DNA of 64,000 nt from Mizuhopecten yessoensis (Eukaryota): contig NW_018408915.1 in the NCBI RefSeq assembly GCF_002113885.1, positions 1,093,396 through 1,157,395 on the forward strand, read 5' to 3'. The notes beneath the pieces were generated by a model. That model searched no databases and was not told the origin of the DNA. It worked only from the letters and a program-made list of their open reading frames with translations. Shown here in pieces: positions 11,693-24,559 of the stretch (positions within the stretch are counted from its first letter, which is position 1; the number at the start of each line of letters is the position of its first letter). Position numbers and translations under genes: made by a program.

Positions 11693-11972
11693 ATTAATGT
11701 AACATTACAACTAGACAATTGTTAGCACAGTTGGCAGTTTCATCAATTAGCGGAGTTATGAGGGTTTACTGGGTTAATAATTTTTGAAAATATATAGACA
11801 ATCCACAACGTTAGTAAGCTAAGTTTCAGATTGTGTTGGATCTTAATGTTAAAATTAATTTTTTTACTTATTTTTTTTTTTTTTACAGAACACTGTGTTA
11901 TTAGGGCCAGTTTGGTCAGAGGGTTGAGGATATGAAAGGCCATCCTTTGCTTTGTGAAGCAGCATCTAAATT

Positions 11973-12899
11973 GTGTTAAAGGCCAGCCATGCTTCTTCTA
12001 CAGACAAGCAATACTGTTCGAATTTCGCTAAATTTAAAGATTGGTGTCGTATTACGGGCCTGGGATATCTGCCCTCTAGAAGTAGTACAGTAGCCGTATA
12101 TTTGTCTTATTTGGTTCAACAGTCAGTCTCGGTATCTACCCTTAATTCACATTTCTATAGCATAAAGTGGCAACATGATTTCGCAGATTTGCCTAATCCA
12201 TGTACAGACAAGTTTGTTTTAAAATCTTTAGAAGGAGCTAAACGTATTCTTTCTAAGCCTATTTTTAAAAAATCTCCCATTTCTGTGGAACATATAGAGT
12301 CCATTTTTAGAAAGTACGGAAACTCGGAAAACGTTAAGGATTTACGGTTATGCACTTTGTGCATTTTAGGATTTGCAGGGTTTTTCAGATTCAGTGAACT
12401 AGTCGATTTAAAAATGTCAAATTGCGTTTTGAAAAGTTCACACCTTGAAATTACACTTGTTCATAGCAAAACAGATGTCTATCGTCAAGGCAACGTTGTG
12501 GTGATTGCGAAAACAGGGAAGAAAACTTGTCCAGTTGCTTGTTTTGTGAAATACATTACAGCTGCCGGGTTAAGTTTTGGTGCAGATTCATACATTTTCA
12601 GAGGTGTTTCCTTTTGTAAATCTACAGGAACATATAAGTTATGTAGTCGAAATCAAGCTCTTTCTTACACTAGAGTTAGTGAGAATTTTCTGGGCGCAAT
12701 TTCGGAAATTGGACTAAAAAAGTCAGAATTTGGTCTACATAGCTTGAGGGCTTGTGGCGCCGCTATAGCCGCTAACAATGGCATTTCAGAGAGATTATTT
12801 AAAGCACATGTCAGATGGGCCAGCGAGAAAGCAACGGATGGTTATGTTTTGGATGATCTTGATCATAAAATTTCTGTTTCCGCTAATCTTGGCATTTAA
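11973..12899 (+). CDS. Tyrosine recombinase (phage-integrase family) of the retrotransposon; true 5' end probably at acceptor 11889
   Basis: GFFRFSE (R), SKTD (K), HSLR (H-x-x-R), HVRW, DGY (Y); N-terminal STDKQY..F..WC core-binding region. Confidence 0.93.
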   Translation: MLKASHASSTDKQYCSNFAKFKDWCRITGLGYLPSRSSTVAVYLSYLVQQSVSVSTLNSHFYSIKWQHDFADLPNPCTDKFVLKSLEGAKRILSKPIFKKSPISVEHIESIFRKYGNSENVKDLRLCTLCILGFAGFFRFSELVDLKMSNCVLKSSHLEITLVHSKTDVYRQGNVVVIAKTGKKTCPVACFVKYITAAGLSFGADSYIFRGVSFCKSTGTYKLCSRNQALSYTRVSENFLGAISEIGLKKSEFGLHSLRACGAAIAANNGISERLFKAHVRWASEKATDGYVLDDLDHKISVSANLGI

Positions 12900-14559
12900 A
12901 ATTGTATTCCTTTGATGTTCGAAATATTGCTGTACACGAATCTCGCAGGCTATTAAATTGGAAAAGCAATTGTTTGGTTTATGTTATTATTGCTAAATAG
13001 ATACGAAATGATTTATGTACGGATGAGGAACGAAGGAGAACATAAGTCTATTTACTGAATTTGTATTTTTAAATCGTACAAAGAGATGGGTTTAGCATCG
13101 ATCCTTACCTTCTTCCTATAGTTTTAAATTGGACAAAGAGAGGAGTTTAGCAGCAATCCTTGGCCTGTTCTCTTCCACTTGTTTACATATTGAATTTACG
13201 TTAGATTTGCTCTCTTGCCAATTTGGTATAGTTTATCAATCATTTGCCGTGTCCAGTGCAATACCGTTGGCATTTCTTGTGTTTAATTTCGGATGACCTT
13301 TATGGAACGTCCTCTTTCTGGGCAATGTTTGGAGTCCTTGTTGCTATCATCCTGGTGTTGATCGTCTGTAATCTACTCCTACGGAAGAAAATGCACATGT
13401 ATAAGAAGAAATGTGAAGCCACTACAGCAGTAATTCCAACTGGGAAAGAAAGCCAAGTCTCAACAAAGTTTTAACTTTATAATATGCATCAAGTACAACG
13501 TTTTATTACATATCTATGATCATATTGTATTCTTATCTGTATGGCCTTATTCATATTGCAATCTGAACATATAACAATTGTATACCATAAATGCTCATTT
13601 TCCATATTAAAACAATAACCATATTGGAGATTTCACAATATGTCCGAAGTGATATTGACGTTTTCCAAATGAACGTTCCCACATAAGCTAATGTCAGATG
13701 AGAACGGTTGCTGAGGGAGACGCTGCAGATAAAAAAGATGTATTAAAAAAATGAAAAGATTGAGGTACCAACAAGTGTTGCATTGGAGACAGCACACTAA
13801 CCTATGTCTCCATTATTATGGTCTAAGTAGAAGACACAGATTTTACGGATGCACATATTTTGTGGATTTGAATAGGTTTACTTTCGTTCAAAATGAATGT
13901 TTTATGCCACCCTTGGATAAACTATATTATTTCTTTTAATAAAATTTCTAAATTCTGAAGATTTTTTTCGTGATGGTATGACATTTACTGAACATTTTGA
14001 AATGTCATCGAACATGTCTTGCAGTTTTTGTTAACAAAAATATATCTTAAAGCTGTCAATGTAGGTTAAAAAGCTTTCTATAGAGATTTTTGAAATAATT
14101 GTTTTTTCCTGTTTTTGAAATCTTCCCCACAGACAATCTCTTCCGGCTGTTGTATCTAATGAAGCGGCGACATTTTATAATGTTCTTGCTTGGTAACGAA
14201 TATTGGTCTCGATGGGTAGAAAAAGCGTATTACTCGTCAAAGCGGTTAGCATTTGTTAAACGTGTTCGAAAGGTGACACTTCTTAACTATACAAAAAGAA
14301 CACTTTCACGAATTTGAACCAACTTTTTTTTTATCAGATCAGTTGAATAAAATTGAAATGGAACACATCAAAGATATCAATTATCTAAGAAAAGAAGTGG
14401 AAATAATATTAAAATTCGACCAATTAAATTTTCTAATGCACAACACCTGCGCCTCCCTCCCCTCCCCCCTCCCCCTACTACCAAAAATCAAAACAAACCG
14501 CCCTCAAAAAAAACCCATACGACTAACGCTTATGCCTACCTTATATATATCCAACTAGT

Positions 14560-15560
14560 AATACGATCATGTGAGAAATAAATACTCATTCCAATATCAT
14601 TTCCATGAGAACGGTTCAATTACCAAATATCACATTGTTTGCTGCACACCTGGGAATATCGCATTTTGCACGAGTTTTACTAGTAAAGTGTCTACACCAC
14701 GAAATAATTACAATAAAGTTCGATATTGCAAAAGCGTTAGGTTCCGCTTTTGCCAAAAATTCATTAACTTGAAACCACTCAAACAAATAAAAAAAAACAT
14801 CTAAAGAAAAGAAACATTTAAAATTTTCCTCTAACAACAATGAACATTGCAATCAACCATTTTCACTATTAGAACTCCGGGAATCGTCGCAAAAATCTAA
14901 TGATTCTGCAACAGGACCCGATGGTGTACAGTATCAATTTCTAAAACATCTATCTGAATCATCACTCAAAACGTTTCTAGAAATTTTTAATGACATATAT
15001 AAAACCGGAAAAGTCCCTAGTTCATGGGAAAAAAATAACGGTCATCACTATTCCTAAACCAGGAAAAGACAACTGTGTTTTTTAACTACCGCCAAATAAC
15101 ACTCACAAGCTGCATTTGTAAAACCCTCGAACGAATGTAGAATCAAATAACATCATATCACCACTTCAAAGTGGTTTTAGATCTAGAAGAGGTACAAAGA
15201 CCATTTGGTTAGACTTGAATCCTTTGTGCGCGAGGATGTATTTAGTTGCTGTCTTCTTGGATCTGGAAAAGGCTGACGAAACAACGTGGAAATATGGAAT
15301 CATGTAAGATCTGCACGAAACAGATATAAGAGGTAATTTACCTAATTTTATTTCCAACTTCCCATCAGACAGAGTATTTCAGGAACAGAATAGAACAGCA
15401 TTTTCGAACGCCTACAAACAGGAAATGGGTGTCCCACAGTGAAGCATTATTTTTGTAAAACGTTTTGGACTGAATATAAATAGTACTATCAAAACATTAA
15501 CTTCATTTGTAGGCGTTATATTCGATAGTTAATAATCGTTCCTTCCTCATATAGAGTCAA
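14560..15560 (+). pseudogene. Degenerate non-LTR retrotransposon RT (I/Nimb-like)
   Basis: Fragments NQPFSLLEL..SATGPDGVQYQFLKHL..IPKPGKD..NYRQITLTSCICKTLERM..AVFLDLEKA..GVPQ with stops and frameshifts. Confidence 0.75.
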
Positions 15561-15586
15561 CACTATTCCTTTGCACAGTTTTCTTG

Positions 15587-16477
15587 CTACTTTCTTCCCT
15601 TGTAACTTCTGTGTTCTTTCACTGTGCTGCTTCGAGATAGTATTAAATCTTTTATCAAATCAATGTCTGTCTGATATCCCGATATCAGCGCCACAACTTC
15701 TGGTTTCAACACAACTTCCCTAAGCCCTGTTGATAATGCATGACGAAACTGGGTTTCAACCAATTCAGGGTCATACTTTGGTCTCAGTTTGTTACCAGAT
15801 GACACAAACAGTATTTGCTGACGCAAGTCCAATGCCCGATAGAGAAACTCCTGTAATGATTTCTTAGATCCTTGCACCAACTGATGCAGTTCTTGATATA
15901 TATATTGTAGTTCAGTTGATGTTCGCTCCTTGAAAAAGGATTGCACGATACAACTCAGATCTGAGAGGTTTAAATCACTACGGCCCTCTAAATAACTTTT
16001 AAGTTTCGAAGAGGGCTGGATTGCCCTGATAACTCCATCTAGTATTTCAGAGTCCGAGTATTTATTTTCTTGCCCCACTTGAATCTGTCCCATCAAGCTA
16101 ACAAAGCTGATACAATTCGGTGTATCGCCGACTTGGCCCTGAACTTTAAAATCTTTCCTCCATGTGACTCTCGTGTCCATGTATTTTGATCCAGAATCAG
16201 TCAATATCTGTTGTTCATCTTCTTTCTTTATGAACAGATTGTTCTTGGGTTTAAAACCGCTCAAGATTTTGGTCAGCTTACACAAACCACCATCCGTCTC
16301 CTCCTGTACATCCTCGAGGATTTCTTCAAAGGTGAGCAATATCTCCTCCCTGGAGAGGTTCTCAATATCACTTCCCTCCTTGATATCCGTCAACACTTTC
16401 ACCAGGTCCTCACTGTCAGCAACAAACAACCGACTGCGTACTGCTGTCATCAGTTTTTGGTGCCTGGCATCATCCAT
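15587..16477 (-). pseudogene. Truncated Ty3/gypsy-type gag
   Basis: ATG at 16477 just downstream of a PBS; RKDFKVQGQVG..SFVSL..VIRAI.P..LKSYLE..QEFLYRALDLRQ..F..ALSTGL; no pol follows. Confidence 0.75.
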
Positions 16478-16488
16478 GATGCTGCCGG

Positions 16489-16506
16489 ATCCCGGACGAG
16501 CCCCCA
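16489..16506 (-). promoter_or_regulatory. Primer-binding site complementary to the tRNA-Pro 3' end
   Basis: Minus strand reads TGGGGGCTCGTCCGGGAT (18/18 to the canonical tRNA-Pro PBS); the LTR 3' end lies at ~16512 with AATAAA (minus strand) near 16590. Confidence 0.9.
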
Positions 16507-17975
16507 AATTTAGTTACCCCCGAGTCCTTCGGGTTCCACGCTGGATGGACCTAGAGAGAGACACAACAAGACCTTCTTTAAGGAATGTTTATTGGCGGGA
16601 ACAAATTAGTCACGTGATCACGCAACATCACTGTTCCGACAATCCTTGCGAGTTATCTCCCTTAGTATCACAATATATGTCTCTATCGGAACAATATTTG
16701 AGTAAACATACATATATTAAAAGAATGGGGGTACCTGATTTATACAGTGTTCCATTTGTTGTGTCGTTACGATACTAACAAGTGGCCACGCTCTCTCGTA
16801 TTTGAAGGCGATTTCCTTCTAACCGCGGCACCGGTCACACCCATTTACCCACTCCTCAACATTTCGGTCCATCCCTGGCTAGTGAAAATCGTTTTCCGTA
16901 GCAGTGATGATGTCCTGTCCTTTCCAGGATGTCCGACATCATCATGCGATCCCTTGATGGCTTTGTTGATAAACGATGATGGTAGCACGGGTTCGTAGTC
17001 ATCCGTGTCCAGAGTTCGACGATATATAGTACTCCTCGTTTCATGATAGGAGTATCAAAGGTCTTCAGCATCATGGTGCTCTCTCTGTTTTTTGGCGTGT
17101 TCCCATGTTTCGGGCGATTTCCTAAGCACTTAAAAATACCTCCCCTGTTTTGCAAATTTAAACCAGTAATCCGGTCGGACTTGTTGAATGAGGACACTCG
17201 CATTTTTGTTGTTGTTGCATATTTGCTAATTAATAAGGTACGAATAAAAAAGTTTCTATTTAACTTCTAGATCTACTAAATTTCTGTCAGACTTACGATC
17301 ATACTGATCGCCAAAACTACTATACATTATATGACTTGAAATAGTGTTTGCAAGTCTACCAAGCGATGATTTCATGTGTTGACGAACCATATAAATATAT
17401 CGATGCTTTCATGTATCAAATTGAGAAACCAAATGACGATTGAAAATGGAGCTGGTGGGGATTTTAGACCAAACATTTGAGATAGGGTCTTTTATCATGA
17501 TGAGATGCAAAAACAGTTGTTGAATTTCAGCAGCCGTGGAAAAACATCGCTCATCTTAACGTCACTCCGAGAGAGAGAGGCCATGTTCTTTGTGTCTTAT
17601 AATTTATCGATTATTTTTATACAAATTATGAGACATATAAAGTCTTTTCCAAATAATCCAGGTTATAAACTGGCGAAATAGTACAACTGCCCACAGCATC
17701 AGATATGGTAAAAACGCACAGCTTTGCTTTGCATCACATGAGAAATATCTGCACGCGCAAAAGAATAGTCTAATTCAAATAATTATATCATTTAGGTCAC
17801 CTTGAATAATATATATATATATTCTCGTTTTTTTTAAAGATTATTTTCAAACTAACTGTGTTTTGTATTTTGCAATCTTTCCAAACACCGGTTAAGGTAT
17901 TTTATTCAGGCACATGCAAGTGTCGGACATTTTTGTGGGTTCTTCACTTTCAACTCAAAATATAAAGAGGAATGG

Positions 17976-18200
17976 AAGTTTGGTTTAGTTTGTTTGATTT
18001 TTACGTCCTATTAACAGCTATGGCCATTAAAGGACGTGCCAGGTTTTGGTGGAGGAAAGCCAGAGTTCCCGGAGAAAACCATCGACCTACGGCCAGTACC
18101 TGGCGACTGCCCCACGCAGTCCTCGAACCAGCGACCCAGTGGTGGAAGTCTAGTGGTAGCAGAATGTCAGACGCCTTAATCAATTGGCCACCGCGGGCCC
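17976..18200 (-). mobile_element. tRNA-derived SINE
   Basis: Minus strand has box A/B-like GTGGCCAATTGATTAAGGCG..GGTTCGAG, body GTCGATGGTTTTCTCCGGG, and the same AATAGGACGT tail plus AAAC repeats as other SINEs here. Confidence 0.75.
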
Positions 18201-18269
18201 TAGGAATGGAAACTATTTGGTATTCATGTATCAGGAACAATGTAGGCTATGATATAGTTAAATATAGAA

Positions 18270-19800
18270 ATCACCCTAGAACTCATAAAAAAGCTATGAA
18301 GAAATTTAACCCCAACAAGACCCCTGGACTCAACATATTTCACCCAAAACTGCTTATTGAAACATCTGAAAAAATCATTGAACCCTTGGAGATCATATCT
18401 AAAAAATCGATTGACGAAGGGAAGATTCCAGACGGCTGGAGAACTGCCCATGTAACACCTATCTTCAAGAGCGGAAACCACAACAAAGTTTAAAACTACC
18501 GCCCAATAAGTCTAACATCTATACCAGGGAAAATATTACAAAGACTAATACGCGACAAAATTTTAGAACACATGGACAATAACAACCTCTTCACTCTCCA
18601 CCAACACGGTTTTCGATCTTGGAAATCTTGTACAACAAACCCATTGGAAGTATTGGAACACTGGTAGAAGCAATAGACAGCGGAGAAAAGTTTGATACTT
18701 TATACTTAGATTTCAGTAAAACATTTGATAAAGTCCCTCACAAAAGCTTACTGAAAAAACTTCAAGGGTACGGAATAACTGGTAAAATCCTCCAGTGGAT
18801 TCAAGATTTCCTCTCAAATCTAAAACAACGAGTATCCATAAACGGTGAAATGTCTGGTCTGGTGGATGTAACGAGTGGTGTGCCCCAGGGTAGTGTCCTT
18901 GGTCCAGTTCTTTTATTTTAATCTATATCAATGACCTCCCTGATATAGTCAAACACAGTGTAGTTAAACTTTTTGCTGGCGACTCAAGACTATTCAAAAA
19001 CATCTCTAGGCAAACAGGGACTGCAGAACTACAAACTGATATCAATAGCATCGTCCAATGGACATCAGATTGGAAAATGACATTAAATAACAAAAAATGT
19101 AAACATCTAAATATTGGTAACCTAAACCAAGATTCTACATATCACTTCCCCTCAAGTGAACAGTTTGAGAAAGTTACTAAAGAGAGAGACCTGGGTGTAA
19201 TAATTGACAACACACTGAAAATTAACCACCGTGTGAGTCAATCTGTCAACAAAGCAAATTGCACACTAGGACTAATCTTCAGGACATTTACTTACATGGA
19301 TAAAACTATGTTTCTTACACTTTACAAGAGTCTCATTAGGCCCAACATGGAATATGCCACCCAGGTCTGGTCCACTTTACTTAAAAAAAGGACCAAATAG
19401 CCTTAGAAAATGTGCAGCGCAGAGCTACCAAGAGTTCCATCTCTAAAACCCCTTCCGTGTAATTTAAGAATACAAAGACTAGGCCTACCTACATTGGAAT
19501 ATAGAAGAAAACGCAATGATCTAGTAGAGGTTTACAAAATAATCAAGTACATTGATATACTTGATAAAGATAAATTATTCACCTTTGCACAAACAACAAC
19601 TAGGGGAAACAACAAAAAACTATTAAAAAACAGAGCAGGACCAGGGTCACTCAAAATATTTTTAGTAGAAGAGTGGTGGATTCTTGGAACTCCCTTCCCA
19701 ACTCAATAGAAGAAGCCCCATCTGTTGACTGTTTTTAAATCTCGTTTAATTAAACACTTTCTGGAAAAATATACCGTCCAAGTTTTATCCCAGTTTTTAT
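18270..19800 (+). pseudogene. Degenerate CR1-like LINE ORF2 (RT)
   Basis: IPDGWRTAHVTPIFK..NYRPISLTS..QHGFR..YLDFSKTFDKVPH..SGVPQGSVLGP..YINDLP..LFAGDS..ERDLGV..LYKSLIRP.MEYA spread over several broken ORFs. Confidence 0.9.
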
Positions 19801-21604
19801 GTTACACAAGCGGTTACCACAGTATTTTACCGAACCAAGATGCTCCTACATTCGCTACTTCAAGCTAACAACGGTGGTCGACGAAGAGGTAACGGTAGAG
19901 GTGAAAGGCATTTGATCTGTATATTTCAGTACTTTCAGGAAAACGAAATGTACAATCTCCGCGTCTTCTCCGGTGGCTTCTACCAACGAATCAAGCATTG
20001 AGCAAAAAAAATCCATGAAGTCGTCACCGCCATTTTCACCTAGGTCCCCCAAGGTTAGATCGAAGTCGTTTGCTGCATAAACAGTCTGAATAATGCTAAA
20101 AACGGCGAAGAAACTTTGGATCGTATCTACAGACGCCATCGCGTGTCAGGACATAAACAACACCAATGTCAACGAAGAGGTAATCAGAGGTATATTATAT
20201 ACACGGATAACACTAGCTGTTCCTTCAAAGTATTATTGCTTCGATACTATTTTTTTTTACTGAAAAGTGAAAATTGACCACAGGATTTTTTTGTGCAAAT
20301 GCATAGCCATCAAAATTACAAAGTGTAAAATAATAACCATTTATACATACTGCAGGAGTTACCGATTTCTAACGTTCCGGCTCCTGTAGTCAATGATCAC
20401 CAATGAGTCCGAGATGGACGAAACAGCTGCATGTTGCAGTGCAATTAATTTTTGGCATGCTGTATATATATTACCAAAAGAGCGTAGTCCATATGCGGTT
20501 TTATTAAGGTTCATCCTTTAAAAAGGCACCATATATATGCACGTGATATACAGGTACAATGAAAGTATTATAGTAAGCATTTTGCCTGCCACACCCTCTG
20601 ATAGGCTTGAACCATAGACGATGCCTATTAATAAACTCGAATGCCTTTTTATAGTTTATAAAACAGCAAAATATTTTTTTCTATATCCCAGTTTTAAAAA
20701 AGTATACTGAGCGTCACTTATCTTGAATGTACAGTGTAAAATGTTTTTCTCTAGGCGGATAATATATATACAAACTAGAAATCTCTCTAATGAAAATAGA
20801 GATATATCAATTTGAATTACATATCATATACAGAATATAAAGTATATAACATGGCCATAAATCTTTTACATTATATGTTTCCTATTTTCGCAACTTCGTG
20901 TTTGTCCTATTTTGAAGGAATTTAGCACACAAATTGAAAATAATCCACTGACTCGTGTCAAAAGTGAACAGGTGCAAACTACGTTAGATCTGCAGCAAGA
21001 AATCAAATCTAAATCTAGCTCGATTTGAAATAGATATGAATGATAGATCATGGAATTCGATTATTTTGTGTTTCGAACAGTGATATGTCTATTTTATTTA
21101 GAAGCGTGATAAAAAATAAACAGTGCCTATTTGGTGCCTAGTAGCCGTGTCATTTGATAGAGGGGAGGCAACTCTTATAAAATGTTATACATTTCACTAT
21201 TTTTTTTTTACATCACATCTAAAGTGATCATGAAACAAAAGTGCTGGGAAAGTGAGTCTTATACACTTATTTGCCACACATTGTTACCGGAAATTAATGA
21301 CGTACATAGATTATTGTAATTGATTATTTACGTATTCTACCGCCGAAAATAGAAATTTGTCTTTCACAATTTTCCGTAATAGTGCGATTGAAAGTTAAGA
21401 GTTATCTCCTCTTTTGTGAGTGAAAAGGGGAGAAAATAGTGCTAAACAAAAGTCAATTTCAGATGATAATTATTGAATACATCACAAGAACGTACAAAGC
21501 AAACAAATAACATCACTTACAGTTTTACTCCGTGTGACATATAGCATATACATCATTAAAAACAACACTTCGATAGTTAGGTGCGTACTAATATATCAAG
21601 CACT

Positions 21605-21646
21605 TGGCGGCCTATTTTCTTCCTTTTCCATGTGGCCGCCATACTG
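21605..21646 (+). promoter_or_regulatory. RPS9: RPS9 TCT/5'TOP start and non-coding exon 1
   Basis: Pyrimidine tract TTCTTCCTTTTCC (21617-21629) flanked by inverted TGGCGGCC / GGCCGCCAT (YY1-like); donor G|GTAACA at 21647; acceptor at 22055. Confidence 0.75.
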
Positions 21647-22066
21647 GTAACACGTGGTTTCATCTTCAGAATAAAAATGCTCATTTTCCTTCGTTAAAAT
21701 AGTGTTTCGTTGAGGAAATTCAATAAATTGTTGTAACTATTTTACTTCGATAGTTAAAGCAGTTCAAAATGTATCGGGTATTTTGTAAAAGATCAACATC
21801 TTTAGTGAAATGGGGGTAGAGAGGGTTGGTCGTGAGGGGGACATGTGGATGGAATGATGCGTAGTATGAGCACAGGATTCTGCAACTTCTTATTATTAGA
21901 AAAATCTCGCTCAAATGAATTTGAATTCTGACTATTTAGAAATCGTAATTCGAACGTTTTCTTGGACGTGAAAAATGCCAGACTTATCTTGCAATTTACA
22001 AGCATTCCTACCTCGTTAATTTCAATTTCTAAATTAAATGACGTTTTCATTACAGATTAAGCAATC

Positions 22067-24559
<2,493 letters not shown>

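Larger units (their letters stand above)
8031..13040 (+). mobile_element. DIRS/PAT-like tyrosine-recombinase retrotransposon inside the laccase intron (ends approximate)
   Basis: gag with CCHC knuckle, overlapping RT-RNaseH-methyltransferase-like ORF, and downstream tyrosine recombinase, all on the + strand. Confidence 0.92.
6013..13474 (+). pseudogene. Laccase-type multicopper oxidase with signal peptide and C-terminal TM helix; disrupted (exon 6013-7964 with frameshift near 7461; terminal exon 13293-13474)
   Basis: Acceptor TTTTTCCACAG directly before the ATG; signal peptide; Cu motifs HWHG and WYHSH (ORF 6013), HPMHLHG and HCHIQMH..GM (ORF 7376, different frame); donor G|GTAAGT at 7965; phase-compatible TM exon DDLYG..FWAMFGVLVAIILVLIV.. 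is preceded by CGG instead of CAG. Confidence 0.85.

Noticed and set aside
16164-16778. 204-aa + strand ORF
   Set aside because: Antisense shadow of the gypsy gag and LTR.
17972-18493. 173-aa ORF as a host gene
   Set aside because: Chance fusion of an antisense SINE with the start of the CR1 RT remnant.
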